Assembly: GCA_902635945.1 (NCBI GenBank)
Contig: CACPPU010000004.1
Coordinates: 2,820 to 66,819 of the forward strand
Length of the DNA: 64,000 bases
Direction of reading: 5' to 3'
Source of the DNA: an uncultured Candidatus Actinomarina sp.
GTDB lineage: Bacteria; Actinomycetota; Acidimicrobiia; Actinomarinales; Actinomarinaceae
The position numbers and the translations under genes were made by a program. Below the pieces are notes generated by a model, which saw nothing but the letters and a program-made list of their open reading frames with translations, did not search any database and was not told where the DNA came from. Positions 20,326 to 29,110 of the stretch are shown piece after piece (the stretch's first letter is position 1; each line of letters opens with the position of its first letter).

Positions 20326-20990
20326 TGTTATTCGGACCCCTTGTTGTATGGCTACTCGTCACTATCTTTGGACCTTATGACGTTACACAAGGTGTATCGT
20401 CAAAATTACTATATATTCATGTTCCAACTGTGTGGATAGCGTATTTAGCCTACACTCTTACCTTTTTGTATTCTGCACTATATTTATTTTCTAATAAATC
20501 TAAATACGACTCAATAGCTATTGCTAATGCAAAGTCTGGTGTTGTGTTCACCATTGTTACTTTGCTATCTGGTTCATACTGGGGCAAGCAAACATGGGGA
20601 ACATGGTGGGTTTGGGGTGATGCTAGACTCAATTTAACTGCAATTCTTTTACTTGTTTATTTAGGATATATTGCTTCAAGACAATTTAATAAAGATTTAG
20701 GAAAAACAGCTAGGAACTCATCGCTAATAGGAATTTTTGGAGTTGTCCAGATACCTGTATTGCATTTTAGTGTTATTTGGTGGAGGTCAGTTCATCAACA
20801 AGCTAGCATTCTTAGCCAAGAAACTGTAGCCTCTGGAGACGCCCCTATGTCTTCTGACATACTAATTACTCTCTTATTAAGTGTGTTATTAGTTACACTT
20901 GTTCATACATTTCTCACAAAAAGGTTCAGAATTTCAAATGATATCTTATGGGACAATTATTTAAATCCTAAATCAAGGGCTAAAATTTAA
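20322..20990 (+). CDS. ccmC: Heme lyase/exporter component CcmC
   Basis: WWD-type motif WGKQTWGTWWVWGDARL, plus flanking His (IHVP, WWRSVHQ). Confidence 0.85.
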   Translation: MMLFGPLVVWLLVTIFGPYDVTQGVSSKLLYIHVPTVWIAYLAYTLTFLYSALYLFSNKSKYDSIAIANAKSGVVFTIVTLLSGSYWGKQTWGTWWVWGDARLNLTAILLLVYLGYIASRQFNKDLGKTARNSSLIGIFGVVQIPVLHFSVIWWRSVHQQASILSQETVASGDAPMSSDILITLLLSVLLVTLVHTFLTKRFRISNDILWDNYLNPKSRAKI

Positions 20991-20995
20991 ATAGA

Positions 20996-21397
20996 GTGAA
21001 AAAAAATTTTATTATTGTCCTCTTGGGCATTGGGTTAATTGTTTATGCAAGTTCAATTATTGCATCTAGAAATACTATTTACTACTACACGACATCAGAA
21101 ACTTTAAACATTGAATTAGAAAGTGAAGAAAGAATCAAATTAGGAGGTTTTGTAGTTGAAGGAACTATTGCTAAGGATGGTGGATTTACAAATTTTACAA
21201 TAACTGATGGCAATAAAGATATTGAAATAATATTTGATGGTTTTGTTCCAGAATTATTTCAAGAAAATATGGGTGTGATTCTTGATGGAGTGTTTGATAA
21301 TAATACTTTTCTTGCTGATGATATGCTAGTTAAACACGACAATGAATATGTATCAAGTGATGGTGAAACATATAACGTAGAAAATTATTCGGAATGA
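20996..21397 (+). CDS. ccmE: Heme chaperone CcmE
   Basis: N-terminal TM anchor, OB-fold region RIKLGGFVVEG, and heme-binding LVKHDNEY (HxxxY). GTG start. Confidence 0.85.
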   Translation: MKKNFIIVLLGIGLIVYASSIIASRNTIYYYTTSETLNIELESEERIKLGGFVVEGTIAKDGGFTNFTITDGNKDIEIIFDGFVPELFQENMGVILDGVFDNNTFLADDMLVKHDNEYVSSDGETYNVENYSE

Positions 21398-23289
21398 TTT
21401 ACAACACTGGAATTATTTTTAGTTGGATAAGCTTTGTTTTATTAGTAATTCTATTCTTTAATAAAAAAGAAATCTATACAGAAATTCTTGTAAGATTAAA
21501 TCTTTTTGTACAAGTTTTCTTATTTTGTTTGCTTGAAATAGGATTGTTTTTGAATGACTTTTCTATCTCTTACATAGCAAACTATTCAGCTGAATCTACT
21601 CCCCCTTTATATAAGTTTGCCTCTCTTTGGGGCTCCTTAGATGGATCTATACTTTTATGGAATCTATGCTTAAGTTTCTTTATGTATCTTTATTTAAAAT
21701 CATATAAAGATCTTTCATCAGATATAGATATAAAGATTTTTTCATTAATTATGATCTTTTTTGTTGGATACACAGTTTTTAGCTCCTCTCCTTTTGCGGG
21801 TTGTATTGAACTTGCAGCTGTAGGTTGTAATAATTCAAGTTTGTTACCTTTTCAGGAATTGGTAACCAGTAACATTGGTCGTGGTCCCAACCCTTTACTC
21901 CAAAATCATCCTCTAATGGCAATCCACCCACCAATGCTATATATAGGATATGTTGGGATGACAATGCCATTTGTTGCTGCGACAAGCAGGTTATATTCAA
22001 AAAAACAAAATGCCAACGATTGGATAGAGGTTGCTGAAAAAACAACTTATATACCGTGGTTATTTCTAACAATTGGAATAACACTTGGTGCTGCCTGGTC
22101 ATACGAAGTTTTAGGATGGGGAGGATACTGGGCTTGGGATCCAGTTGAGAATGTCTCATTTATACCATGGCTTTTGGCAACAGCATTTCTTCATTCAGCA
22201 AAAATACAAAAGTCTCAAAATACATTATTAAATTGGAATTACATATTGGTTGGCTTGATGTTTTTATCTACAATATTTGGCACTTTTGTGACGAGATCAG
22301 GTGTCTTAATTTCTGTTCATGCATTCTCTAATGGAAATATAGGAACTTATCTATTGTTTGGAATGATACTTTTTGGAATTATTTTTATTGTTATTGGATC
22401 AAAGAATGTTGAATATTTTTCAAACTCAAAAAAAATTGATAATTGGTTCGGAAAAGCAGGATTTTTTGTTTATAACAACATTTTTTTGTTTTCATCTGCT
22501 CTAGTTATTTTCATCGGAACAATTTTCCCACTAATTTATGAAACGCTTTATGACAGGCAAATAACAATTGGTAGATCTTATTACGACATTCTGGTTGGAC
22601 CTCTTTTAGTCATATTGTTAGGGCTTATGATTTTTTCAAACAAGTTGACTATAAAAAATTTAAATATCAATAAATGGTTTAAAGAAAATATGATTTTAAT
22701 AAATAGCTCATTAGCAATAAGTATTCTTACTCTGCTTACATTTGATAATTCATATATTTTGGTTGTTACTGTAGCAGTATCATTTATGTTAATTCTTATA
22801 ACTGTTAATAACTTATTTAAAAACTTCAGAAAATCTAAAATCAATAAAACATACTGGACAGGCCAAATAGCACATTTAGGTATAGCTATTTTTGCTTTTG
22901 GAATAATTTTGAATGTAAGTCAGAGTTACTCAACTGAAAAAGAAATCAATTCATTTGAAGAATTTACCTTTAACGATCAAACTTACTTTGTTTATGACTC
23001 AATTGAAGAAAGTTTTCCTGAAAAAAATGTAATAAAACTTCCTATTTCAAATCAAAATACTACTAAATTTACTTCTTTAAATATATTTAATAATTCTTCT
23101 CAACAAGCAATAAGCTCACCTGCAGTATTTAGAACTTTTATAAATGATGTATACATAACTGTAAAATTTATCGATGAAAATAGTTATAAGCTTATCGTCA
23201 GAAATAATTATGGAATTTTTATAATGTGGATAGGATTGTTTGTTTCAAGTATTTCATTTGTACCAAGATTAAGTAAAAATGAAAAATAG
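21394..23289 (+). CDS. ccmF: Cytochrome c heme lyase subunit CcmF
   Basis: 631-aa polytopic protein with WGGYWAWDPVEN (WWD domain) and conserved His-containing loops. Confidence 0.9.
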   Translation: MIYNTGIIFSWISFVLLVILFFNKKEIYTEILVRLNLFVQVFLFCLLEIGLFLNDFSISYIANYSAESTPPLYKFASLWGSLDGSILLWNLCLSFFMYLYLKSYKDLSSDIDIKIFSLIMIFFVGYTVFSSSPFAGCIELAAVGCNNSSLLPFQELVTSNIGRGPNPLLQNHPLMAIHPPMLYIGYVGMTMPFVAATSRLYSKKQNANDWIEVAEKTTYIPWLFLTIGITLGAAWSYEVLGWGGYWAWDPVENVSFIPWLLATAFLHSAKIQKSQNTLLNWNYILVGLMFLSTIFGTFVTRSGVLISVHAFSNGNIGTYLLFGMILFGIIFIVIGSKNVEYFSNSKKIDNWFGKAGFFVYNNIFLFSSALVIFIGTIFPLIYETLYDRQITIGRSYYDILVGPLLVILLGLMIFSNKLTIKNLNINKWFKENMILINSSLAISILTLLTFDNSYILVVTVAVSFMLILITVNNLFKNFRKSKINKTYWTGQIAHLGIAIFAFGIILNVSQSYSTEKEINSFEEFTFNDQTYFVYDSIEESFPEKNVIKLPISNQNTTKFTSLNIFNNSSQQAISSPAVFRTFINDVYITVKFIDENSYKLIVRNNYGIFIMWIGLFVSSISFVPRLSKNEK

Positions 23290-23638
23290 GTATTTAACTC
23301 TTTTGCTTTTAGTTTTGCTATTCACACTACCTAGTGTATTTCCAGATAATGAATCTAGATATGAACAATGGAGTAAATCACTACTATGCCCAGTCTGTCA
23401 AGGTGAAACTATTTATGATTCTCCGTCCGAATATGCAGACGATATGGGTGCTATCTTGCTTGAACAGATTAACGAAGGCTTAACTGATGATCAAATATAT
23501 ACATTTTGGGTATCAAGATATGGTGAAAGAATTATTACCAACCCAATAAATCGTAATTTAGAAATACTGTTTATTCCATTGACATTAGTTTTTGGGTTTG
23601 TTTTATTGTTTGTTAGGAAATTGTATGTTAAAAAATAA
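23279..23638 (+). CDS. ccmH: Cytochrome c maturation thiol-reductant protein CcmH/CycL
   Basis: Signal sequence, LLCPVCQGETIYDS (LRCxxCQ-type CxxC), and a C-terminal TM. Confidence 0.8.
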   Translation: MKNRYLTLLLLVLLFTLPSVFPDNESRYEQWSKSLLCPVCQGETIYDSPSEYADDMGAILLEQINEGLTDDQIYTFWVSRYGERIITNPINRNLEILFIPLTLVFGFVLLFVRKLYVKK

Positions 23639-24161
23639 ATGGCTATATGCGGGTCTTTTCATATTTCTATTTCCATTCTTTCTTTTAATAAATTTAAATG
23701 ACAACGCCTCAGAAATTGCTAATCAAAACACTAATTTGGAAGATGTATCAAATGCTGAAATGGAGAAAGTTATAGAATTAAATCCAGATATATTTCCAAT
23801 GAGAATTGCACTTGCTAACCGCTATTTCGAGGAATTTAATTACTCAAGTGCTCTTCCCCACTTCATGCACGTTGCACAAAATTCAGAAGATTTAGAGTTA
23901 AAAAGTCTTGCTTTAGCTCAAATAGGATGGATGGTTCATGATTCAGGTGACACCCTAACTTCACTTAATTATATTGAAGAAGCTTTAGCTATTTCTCCTG
24001 AATCCTTACTAGCAAAAACTTATCTTGGAATTATTCTTATTCAACAAGAGGAAACCAGAAAAGAGGGGTATGAAATATTAACATTCCTAAAGACCGATCC
24101 TACTTTATCTAATGAAGATCTAGAGATTATTCAAGAAATATTGTCGATATATGAAAATTAA
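23625..24161 (+). CDS. TPR-repeat membrane-anchored protein, CcmI-like
   Basis: N-terminal TM, then TPR-like repeats (RIALANRYFEEFNYSSALPHF..., YIEEALAISPES). Positioned after ccmH. I prefer ATG 23625 (AGGA upstream) over the TTG at 23592. Confidence 0.5.
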   Translation: MLKNKWLYAGLFIFLFPFFLLINLNDNASEIANQNTNLEDVSNAEMEKVIELNPDIFPMRIALANRYFEEFNYSSALPHFMHVAQNSEDLELKSLALAQIGWMVHDSGDTLTSLNYIEEALAISPESLLAKTYLGIILIQQEETRKEGYEILTFLKTDPTLSNEDLEIIQEILSIYEN

Positions 24162-24639
24162 ACTTTTAATTTTTTTATTATTGTTTTCATTTTGCAGCTC
24201 AGATGTTGTTGACGAAGGAATATTTATTGATCCAGTAGATTTGAAAAATTTACAAATATTGGAGACAAATGAGAATATTGATTTATCTAATAATAATTTT
24301 TTAATTATAAACTACTGGGCATCCTGGTGTTTAGAGTGCATAGAGGAACATCCTTATCTCATTGAATTGTCAAAAACCAAAGGATTTGAAAATTCTGTAT
24401 TTATGCTTTCTTTTCAAGACAGTAGAGAGAATGCTCTCAAATTTATAAATGAATATGGTGTTGGCAATATTCAATACGTAATTGATCAAAATAGTAAAAT
24501 TGCAATATACTCGGGTGTCTTTGGAGTACCCGAAACTCACATTGTAAAAAATGGAGAAGTAATAAAAAAATATATTGGTCCAATATCAATAAATGATTTT
24601 CAAGAAATAATAAATAATTATTCACATCTAACCAATTAA
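24151..24639 (+). CDS. ccmG: Thiol:disulfide oxidoreductase CcmG/DsbE (TlpA-like thioredoxin)
   Basis: Signal-anchor sequence, YWASWCLECIEEHP (WCxxC), and GVFGVPETHIV (cis-Pro loop). Confidence 0.8.
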   Translation: MKIKLLIFLLLFSFCSSDVVDEGIFIDPVDLKNLQILETNENIDLSNNNFLIINYWASWCLECIEEHPYLIELSKTKGFENSVFMLSFQDSRENALKFINEYGVGNIQYVIDQNSKIAIYSGVFGVPETHIVKNGEVIKKYIGPISINDFQEIINNYSHLTN

Positions 24640-24649
24640 GAATTATTAT
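24621..24649 (+). promoter_or_regulatory. Putative rnpB promoter (TTCACA-N17-TATTAT) inside the 3' end of ccmG
   Basis: TTCACA at 24621-24626, a 17-nt spacer, and TATTAT at 24644-24649. The predicted P1 stem of RNase P RNA starts 7 nt downstream. Confidence 0.4.
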
Positions 24650-24655
24650 TATTTC

Positions 24656-24988
24656 TGTGAAATGGATAATCGCGATTTATCGAGGAAAGTCCGGACTCCA
24701 CAGAGTAATAGAGCTGGGTAACTCCCAGGCAAGTAATTGACGGAAAGTGCAACAGAAAACAAACCGCTTATCTGTGATAAGCAAGGGTGAAAAGGTGGTG
24801 TAAGAGACCACCAGTTGTTTAAGTAATTAAACAAGCTTGTAAACCCCTCTAGGAGCAATACTAAGAAGCAATTAGCTGACTCGGCAAATAATTGCGGGTA
24901 AGTAGCTAGATATATTTGGTAACAAATATACAAGATGGATGATTATCGTATGTGCAAACATATACAGAATCCGGCTTATAGTTTCACA
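24656..24988 (+). ncRNA. rnpB: RNase P RNA, bacterial type A
   Basis: GAGGAAAGTCCGGACTCCACAGAG (P4 5' half) and ACAGAATCCGGCTTA (P4 3' half). Also GGGTGAAAAGGTGGTGTAAGAGACCACC and GTAAACCCC. P1 pairs TGTGAAA (24656-24662) with TTTCACA (24982-24988). Confidence 0.9.
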
Positions 24989-24994
24989 AAAACA

Positions 24995-25018
24995 TGAGTG
25001 CCCCTACGGGGGCACTCA
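24995..25018 (+). terminator. Perfect 10-bp GC-rich hairpin immediately 3' of rnpB
   Basis: TGAGTGCCCC-tacg-GGGGCACTCA. No T-tract follows on the plus strand; the T-tract (TGTTTTTG) lies on the minus-strand side. Confidence 0.5.
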
Positions 25019-25049
25019 CCTAAAAATAGTCTTTAGCTAATATATGTAA

Positions 25050-26030
25050 ATGACAAAATTTTCTTACTTTCTAGGATCTGAACAATGGCAACCTGAAGAT
25101 TTAATAAAGCATGCTGAGATTGCAAGAGAATCAGGCTTCGATATGTTGACTATTTCGGAACACTTTCATCCCTGGGTTGATGATTATTCAGCTTCTAACT
25201 TTACATGGACAACTCTAGGTGCACTTGCTAACAAGCTTCCTGAATTAGATCTTGGCACTGGAGTCACTACCCCACTTTGGAGAATTCATCCAGGTGTAAT
25301 AGCTCAAGCTGCTGCAACAGTTGACAGACTTTCACCCTCTACATTTCATTTAGGTGTAGGTACGGGTGAGAATATTAATGAAGGACCATTAGGTTATGAT
25401 TTTCCAAAGTACGAAGAAAGAAAAAATAGACTCATAGAAGCATTAACTATCATAAGAAGATTGCTTGATGGAGAAAAATTAGATTTTAACGGAGAATACT
25501 ACACAACAGAAAAGGCAAAATTATATTCCCCTCCAACTGGAAATATCCCAATATGGTTAGCAGCTGGTGGTCCCAAATCTGCACAAGTAGCTGCTGAATA
25601 TGCTGATGGACTTATGATTAGTGTTAAAGACCCTAAAGACTCATATGAAAGAGTAATAGATCCTGCAAAGCAGAAATCCAAAGAATTAAAAAAAGAAAAT
25701 TTATCAATTCATACTTATAGGTGGACTATGTTTGCTGATAATGATGATGATGCTTGGACAGCACTTCGATCATGGAGGGGCTTAAGAGCACCGAGTAGGC
25801 TTCAGCAGCTTGATCCAGAGGCATTGAGAGTTGAGGCAGACAGTTTTCCAAAAGAAGAAATTATGGGTAAATTTTCAAAAGCTTCAACTATTAATGATTT
25901 AGTTGATATTTATAGTCCACTAGTTAATGAATTTGATTCTGATATAGTTACAATTCAAATTTCTTCCATTAATCAGGAAGAAACAATCAAACTACTTGGT
26001 AAAGAGCTTTTGCCTAAATTGCGAAATTAA
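25050..26030 (+). CDS. LLM-class F420-dependent oxidoreductase, G6PDH-family-like
   Basis: N-terminus FSYFLGSEQWQPEDLIKHAEIARESGFDMLTISEHFHPW matches the Fgd-like family pattern, together with LGVGTGE and IWLAAGGPKSA. Confidence 0.7.
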   Translation: MTKFSYFLGSEQWQPEDLIKHAEIARESGFDMLTISEHFHPWVDDYSASNFTWTTLGALANKLPELDLGTGVTTPLWRIHPGVIAQAAATVDRLSPSTFHLGVGTGENINEGPLGYDFPKYEERKNRLIEALTIIRRLLDGEKLDFNGEYYTTEKAKLYSPPTGNIPIWLAAGGPKSAQVAAEYADGLMISVKDPKDSYERVIDPAKQKSKELKKENLSIHTYRWTMFADNDDDAWTALRSWRGLRAPSRLQQLDPEALRVEADSFPKEEIMGKFSKASTINDLVDIYSPLVNEFDSDIVTIQISSINQEETIKLLGKELLPKLRN

Positions 26031-26774
26031 GTGATTAAATATTTTCTGATTGGTTCAATTGGAGGATTGCTTTCTGGAATATTAGGCATAGGTGGAGGGG
26101 TTGTTTTCGTACCTCTTTTAACCTACCTAACAAAAACTGATTTTAAAACCAATACCGGTGTTTCCTCTTTAGCCGTTGTTTTTGTTGCAACAGGAAGTAG
26201 CATTACATACATTTTTAATGATTTTTCAAGCGGAACAAATTTAGTATTTGAAATTTTAATAATAATTATTGGTGGAATAATTGGAGGATATTTTGGCAGT
26301 AAACTAACTGCAAAAATAAACACTCAATTACTTAAAAAATTATTTTCTATTTTACTGATAGCATCTGCATACAGAATAATCTTTTCAACAACTGTCACCG
26401 CAACTTATGAGGACAACATAATCTTATATTTTTGTATTGGTTTTGTTTCTGGGGTCGGATCTGGTCTTTTAGGTATTGGTGGAGGAATAATTAGAATACC
26501 AATGTTAATTTTTTTCGGTGGGTTTGAACAAATTATTGCACAAGGAATTTCATTGTTGACAACAATTCCTACTGCCCTTACTGCTGCTGCAACTAAGATT
26601 CGTAAAGAAAATAATTTACTTAAAATTGGTTTAATAGTTGGAATATTTGGTGTATTAGGTTCAGTAATTGGAGGTAGTTTAGCTTTTAGTATTATTCCTC
26701 GTGATACATTGAGTATAAGTTTTGGAATATTCCTAACTTTAGTTTCTGTAAATATGTTTATTTCTAATAAGTAA
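26031..26774 (+). CDS. TauE/SafE-family anion (sulfite) exporter-like permease
   Basis: 247 aa and about 8 TM. Duplicated GxGGG motifs (LGIGGGVVFVPLL and LGIGGGIIRIPML) typical of TauE/SafE. GTG start directly after the upstream stop. Confidence 0.7.
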   Translation: MIKYFLIGSIGGLLSGILGIGGGVVFVPLLTYLTKTDFKTNTGVSSLAVVFVATGSSITYIFNDFSSGTNLVFEILIIIIGGIIGGYFGSKLTAKINTQLLKKLFSILLIASAYRIIFSTTVTATYEDNIILYFCIGFVSGVGSGLLGIGGGIIRIPMLIFFGGFEQIIAQGISLLTTIPTALTAAATKIRKENNLLKIGLIVGIFGVLGSVIGGSLAFSIIPRDTLSISFGIFLTLVSVNMFISNK

Positions 26775-27234
26775 ACTTACCGGTATTTATAAATTCTTTT
26801 AATATTTGAATATTTCTAAATTTAAATAATAAATACAAAATCCCTATTCCACCAAGTGCTGTTTTGTAATTTTCAGCTAATGAAAATATATCTTCTGAAT
26901 TTTGAAATATTGGATAAAGAATTATGCTTTGGTTTAACCATGTAAAGCTAAGTACTAAATAAAAAAAGGAACCTATTGAGAATAATAGAGAATTTGCTCT
27001 AAATAAACTTCCCCTCTTTGTGGCAATCATAAAAATAAAAAATAAACTTACCGTGAAAAATATGCTGTGCCCTATGTATTCATTTTGATTTGTAAGTCCA
27101 AAAAAATATAAAATTGAGTCAAATATAACGGGGAATAAACTACCAAAGATAATAAATCTTAAGTCAGCATTTTTATCTTTAAATATATAAAGAAAAAGAT
27201 ATATTGATAGACCGCTAGTCCAAAATAAAATCAT
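26764..27234 (-). CDS. Hypothetical polytopic membrane protein
   Basis: 156 aa and 4-5 TM. 4-nt overlap with the upstream rnhA stop suggests a real, co-translated gene. Confidence 0.45.
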   Translation of the reverse strand: MILFWTSGLSIYLFLYIFKDKNADLRFIIFGSLFPVIFDSILYFFGLTNQNEYIGHSIFFTVSLFFIFMIATKRGSLFRANSLLFSIGSFFYLVLSFTWLNQSIILYPIFQNSEDIFSLAENYKTALGGIGILYLLFKFRNIQILKEFINTGKFTY

Positions 27235-27620
27235 GAATCTAAAGCAATATTAGCAAGTTCATCTGCTCGTTTATTTTGCTCTCTAGGTACATGGTGAATT
27301 TCTAGATTATCAATTTTTTCAATTAAATCAGTACATTGATTGTATAAATCCTTTAAATTTTTTGATTTAACTTTATACTTTCCATTTACCTGCTGTACAA
27401 CAAGTAAAGAATCTAAATAAATCTGTACATTTTTTAAATTATTTTTGTCACAATAATCTAAAGCAGTTCTTAAACCTTCATACTCAGCAACATTATTTGT
27501 GGCTACACCAATCTTCTTTGCAATAGTATCAACTTCTTGTTCATCATTTTGAATTGAAACACCTATAGACGCTTCTCCCGGATTAGATCTCGAAGCACCA
27601 TCACAATATATTTTGTACAT
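27231..27620 (-). CDS. rnhA: Ribonuclease HI
   Basis: IYCDGASRSNPGEAS, NNVAEYEGL, LDSLLVVQQVNG, and REQNKRADELAN (DEDD RNase H residues). I prefer ATG at 27620, giving a TAATG overlap with the upstream stop. Confidence 0.85.
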   Translation of the reverse strand: MYKIYCDGASRSNPGEASIGVSIQNDEQEVDTIAKKIGVATNNVAEYEGLRTALDYCDKNNLKNVQIYLDSLLVVQQVNGKYKVKSKNLKDLYNQCTDLIEKIDNLEIHHVPREQNKRADELANIALDS

Positions 27621-28324
27621 TAAATTACAACTCCCATGCAATATGGACATTGTTGAAAACTAGAGTTCATAATTTCATACATTTCATTTGAAGTGAGCTC
27701 AACACCACAGCAACCACATTGATTTTCCCTTTTGTAAGCAGCTATAACTTCAACACCTTTTGATTTTAAATCATCATACAAGTTGGTTATTCCTTCAGGA
27801 AAGCTACTTAATAATAATTTTTTTTCCTCTTCGTATTTTCCAATTTTTAAATCAATGTCTCTCCATTCGTTTTGAAGTGTTTTAGATAAACTTAAGAGTG
27901 TAGGTTTTAAACCCTCTAAAGATTGATCTATTTTATTAATTCTCTCTAACTCATCAGAATTTTCTTCGTTTAGTTCATTTAAAGATTTTTCATAATCTAA
28001 CAAGTTTTTTTCAAAATTTTGTTTTTGTAAATTGTAATTTTGTAATTCAGATGCATCTAAATTTGTGTTTAATTTTTCATTTATTGTATCAATTTTTAAC
28101 TGTGATTCTGAAATGCTTTTTTCTATATGATTCTTTGCTTCAAAATAAAGTTGCAATTCATTTTCAATATTTTGTTTATCGCTTTGTAGCTTTTTGAATT
28201 CTGTCTCATGAGTTTTAAGCTCTTTTACTGTTGTCCCTTCTGATTTTTCAGATATTAACTTAAATATATCATTATCTAATTCTTGTAATTCAATTAAGTT
28301 ACTTAATAGAAATGGCTCATTCAT
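27620..28324 (-). CDS. Coiled-coil / C4 zinc-ribbon protein (COG1579, DUF164-like)
   Basis: Long coiled coil, then CGCCGVEL...CPYCMGVVI. Confidence 0.75.
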   Translation of the reverse strand: MNEPFLLSNLIELQELDNDIFKLISEKSEGTTVKELKTHETEFKKLQSDKQNIENELQLYFEAKNHIEKSISESQLKIDTINEKLNTNLDASELQNYNLQKQNFEKNLLDYEKSLNELNEENSDELERINKIDQSLEGLKPTLLSLSKTLQNEWRDIDLKIGKYEEEKKLLLSSFPEGITNLYDDLKSKGVEVIAAYKRENQCGCCGVELTSNEMYEIMNSSFQQCPYCMGVVI

Positions 28325-29087
28325 AAAAATCTTTATACAAATACTCTAATTCTTGATTTAAAGCTTTATTTAAGTTTTCAACAAACTTTTTCATTCCTGG
28401 AATTTCAGTTGTTATATGCCCAACTTGAAGTAATCCAATGTTTGCATCGTCTGCTTTTAACAGATATCTGTGTGAGATATCTCCAGTAACAAACACATCT
28501 ACTTCTTCTAAAATCTCATCAATAAATTGTGTACCTGATCCTGGGAGGATTGCTATTTTATTTATTTCCTTGAGATTATCAAAATATTCATTTGTCCTAA
28601 TAGAGTTTGTATTTAATTTGTACTCAACAAGTTTCTTGAATTCATCATTTGACATACATTTAATTTCTCCAATGCGTCCAGCACCAAAATTACCAAAAGT
28701 GTGAGCAAAGGTCTTGGTGTTTTTCAAATTAAATATTTCAACCAAAGTATCAGCATTTCCTCCTTCGCAAACATCCTGGGCAGTATGTAAAGTAATTACA
28801 TTTATTTGGTTATCCATAAATTCTTTAGTTATGATTTCTGGGATCAAAGTTTCAGTGCCATCATCTTCGAGCACTTTCTTGAAAGAAGGTGGATGATAAG
28901 AAATAACAGTGTTTATATTTTTATCATTACAGTATTTCAATAATGATTTTTCTAATTCATGACCAACAACAATACCATTTACTTCACTTTGTTTAGATCC
29001 TATTGTTATTCCTACATAATCATCTTCAAATGCATACTCAATTGGAACTAAAGCATTGACAATATTGAGGAGTTCAGAAACATTCAC
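28317..29087 (-). CDS. Nif3-family dinuclear metal-centre protein
   Basis: ISYHPPSFK, LHTAQDV, and the C-terminal VGHITTE pattern. Sits in the conserved Nif3-COG1579-RNase H order. Confidence 0.8.
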   Translation of the reverse strand: MNVSELLNIVNALVPIEYAFEDDYVGITIGSKQSEVNGIVVGHELEKSLLKYCNDKNINTVISYHPPSFKKVLEDDGTETLIPEIITKEFMDNQINVITLHTAQDVCEGGNADTLVEIFNLKNTKTFAHTFGNFGAGRIGEIKCMSNDEFKKLVEYKLNTNSIRTNEYFDNLKEINKIAILPGSGTQFIDEILEEVDVFVTGDISHRYLLKADDANIGLLQVGHITTEIPGMKKFVENLNKALNQELEYLYKDFYE

Positions 29088-29110
29088 CTAAATAATATTA
29101 ATAAAGTTAA

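Noticed and set aside
20850-20995. Possible hidden ccmD between ccmC and ccmE
   Set aside because: The intergenic gap is only 5 nt. The last hydrophobic helix of the upstream ORF aligns with the normal final TM of CcmC. No separate small ORF is visible, so I treat ccmD as absent or undetectable, not as a feature.
21779-22159. 126-aa minus-strand ORF inside ccmF
   Set aside because: It is antisense to the CcmF WWD-domain region and has no motifs of its own, so it is a shadow ORF.
24649-24933. 94-aa minus-strand ORF from the track
   Set aside because: It lies entirely antisense within the RNase P RNA gene. It is an artefact of the locally GC-richer structured RNA.
24995-25018. GC-rich perfect palindrome as a REP/MITE-like or CRISPR-like repeat
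   Set aside because: I found only one copy in the window and no spacer/repeat periodicity. It is better explained as an rnpB 3' hairpin.
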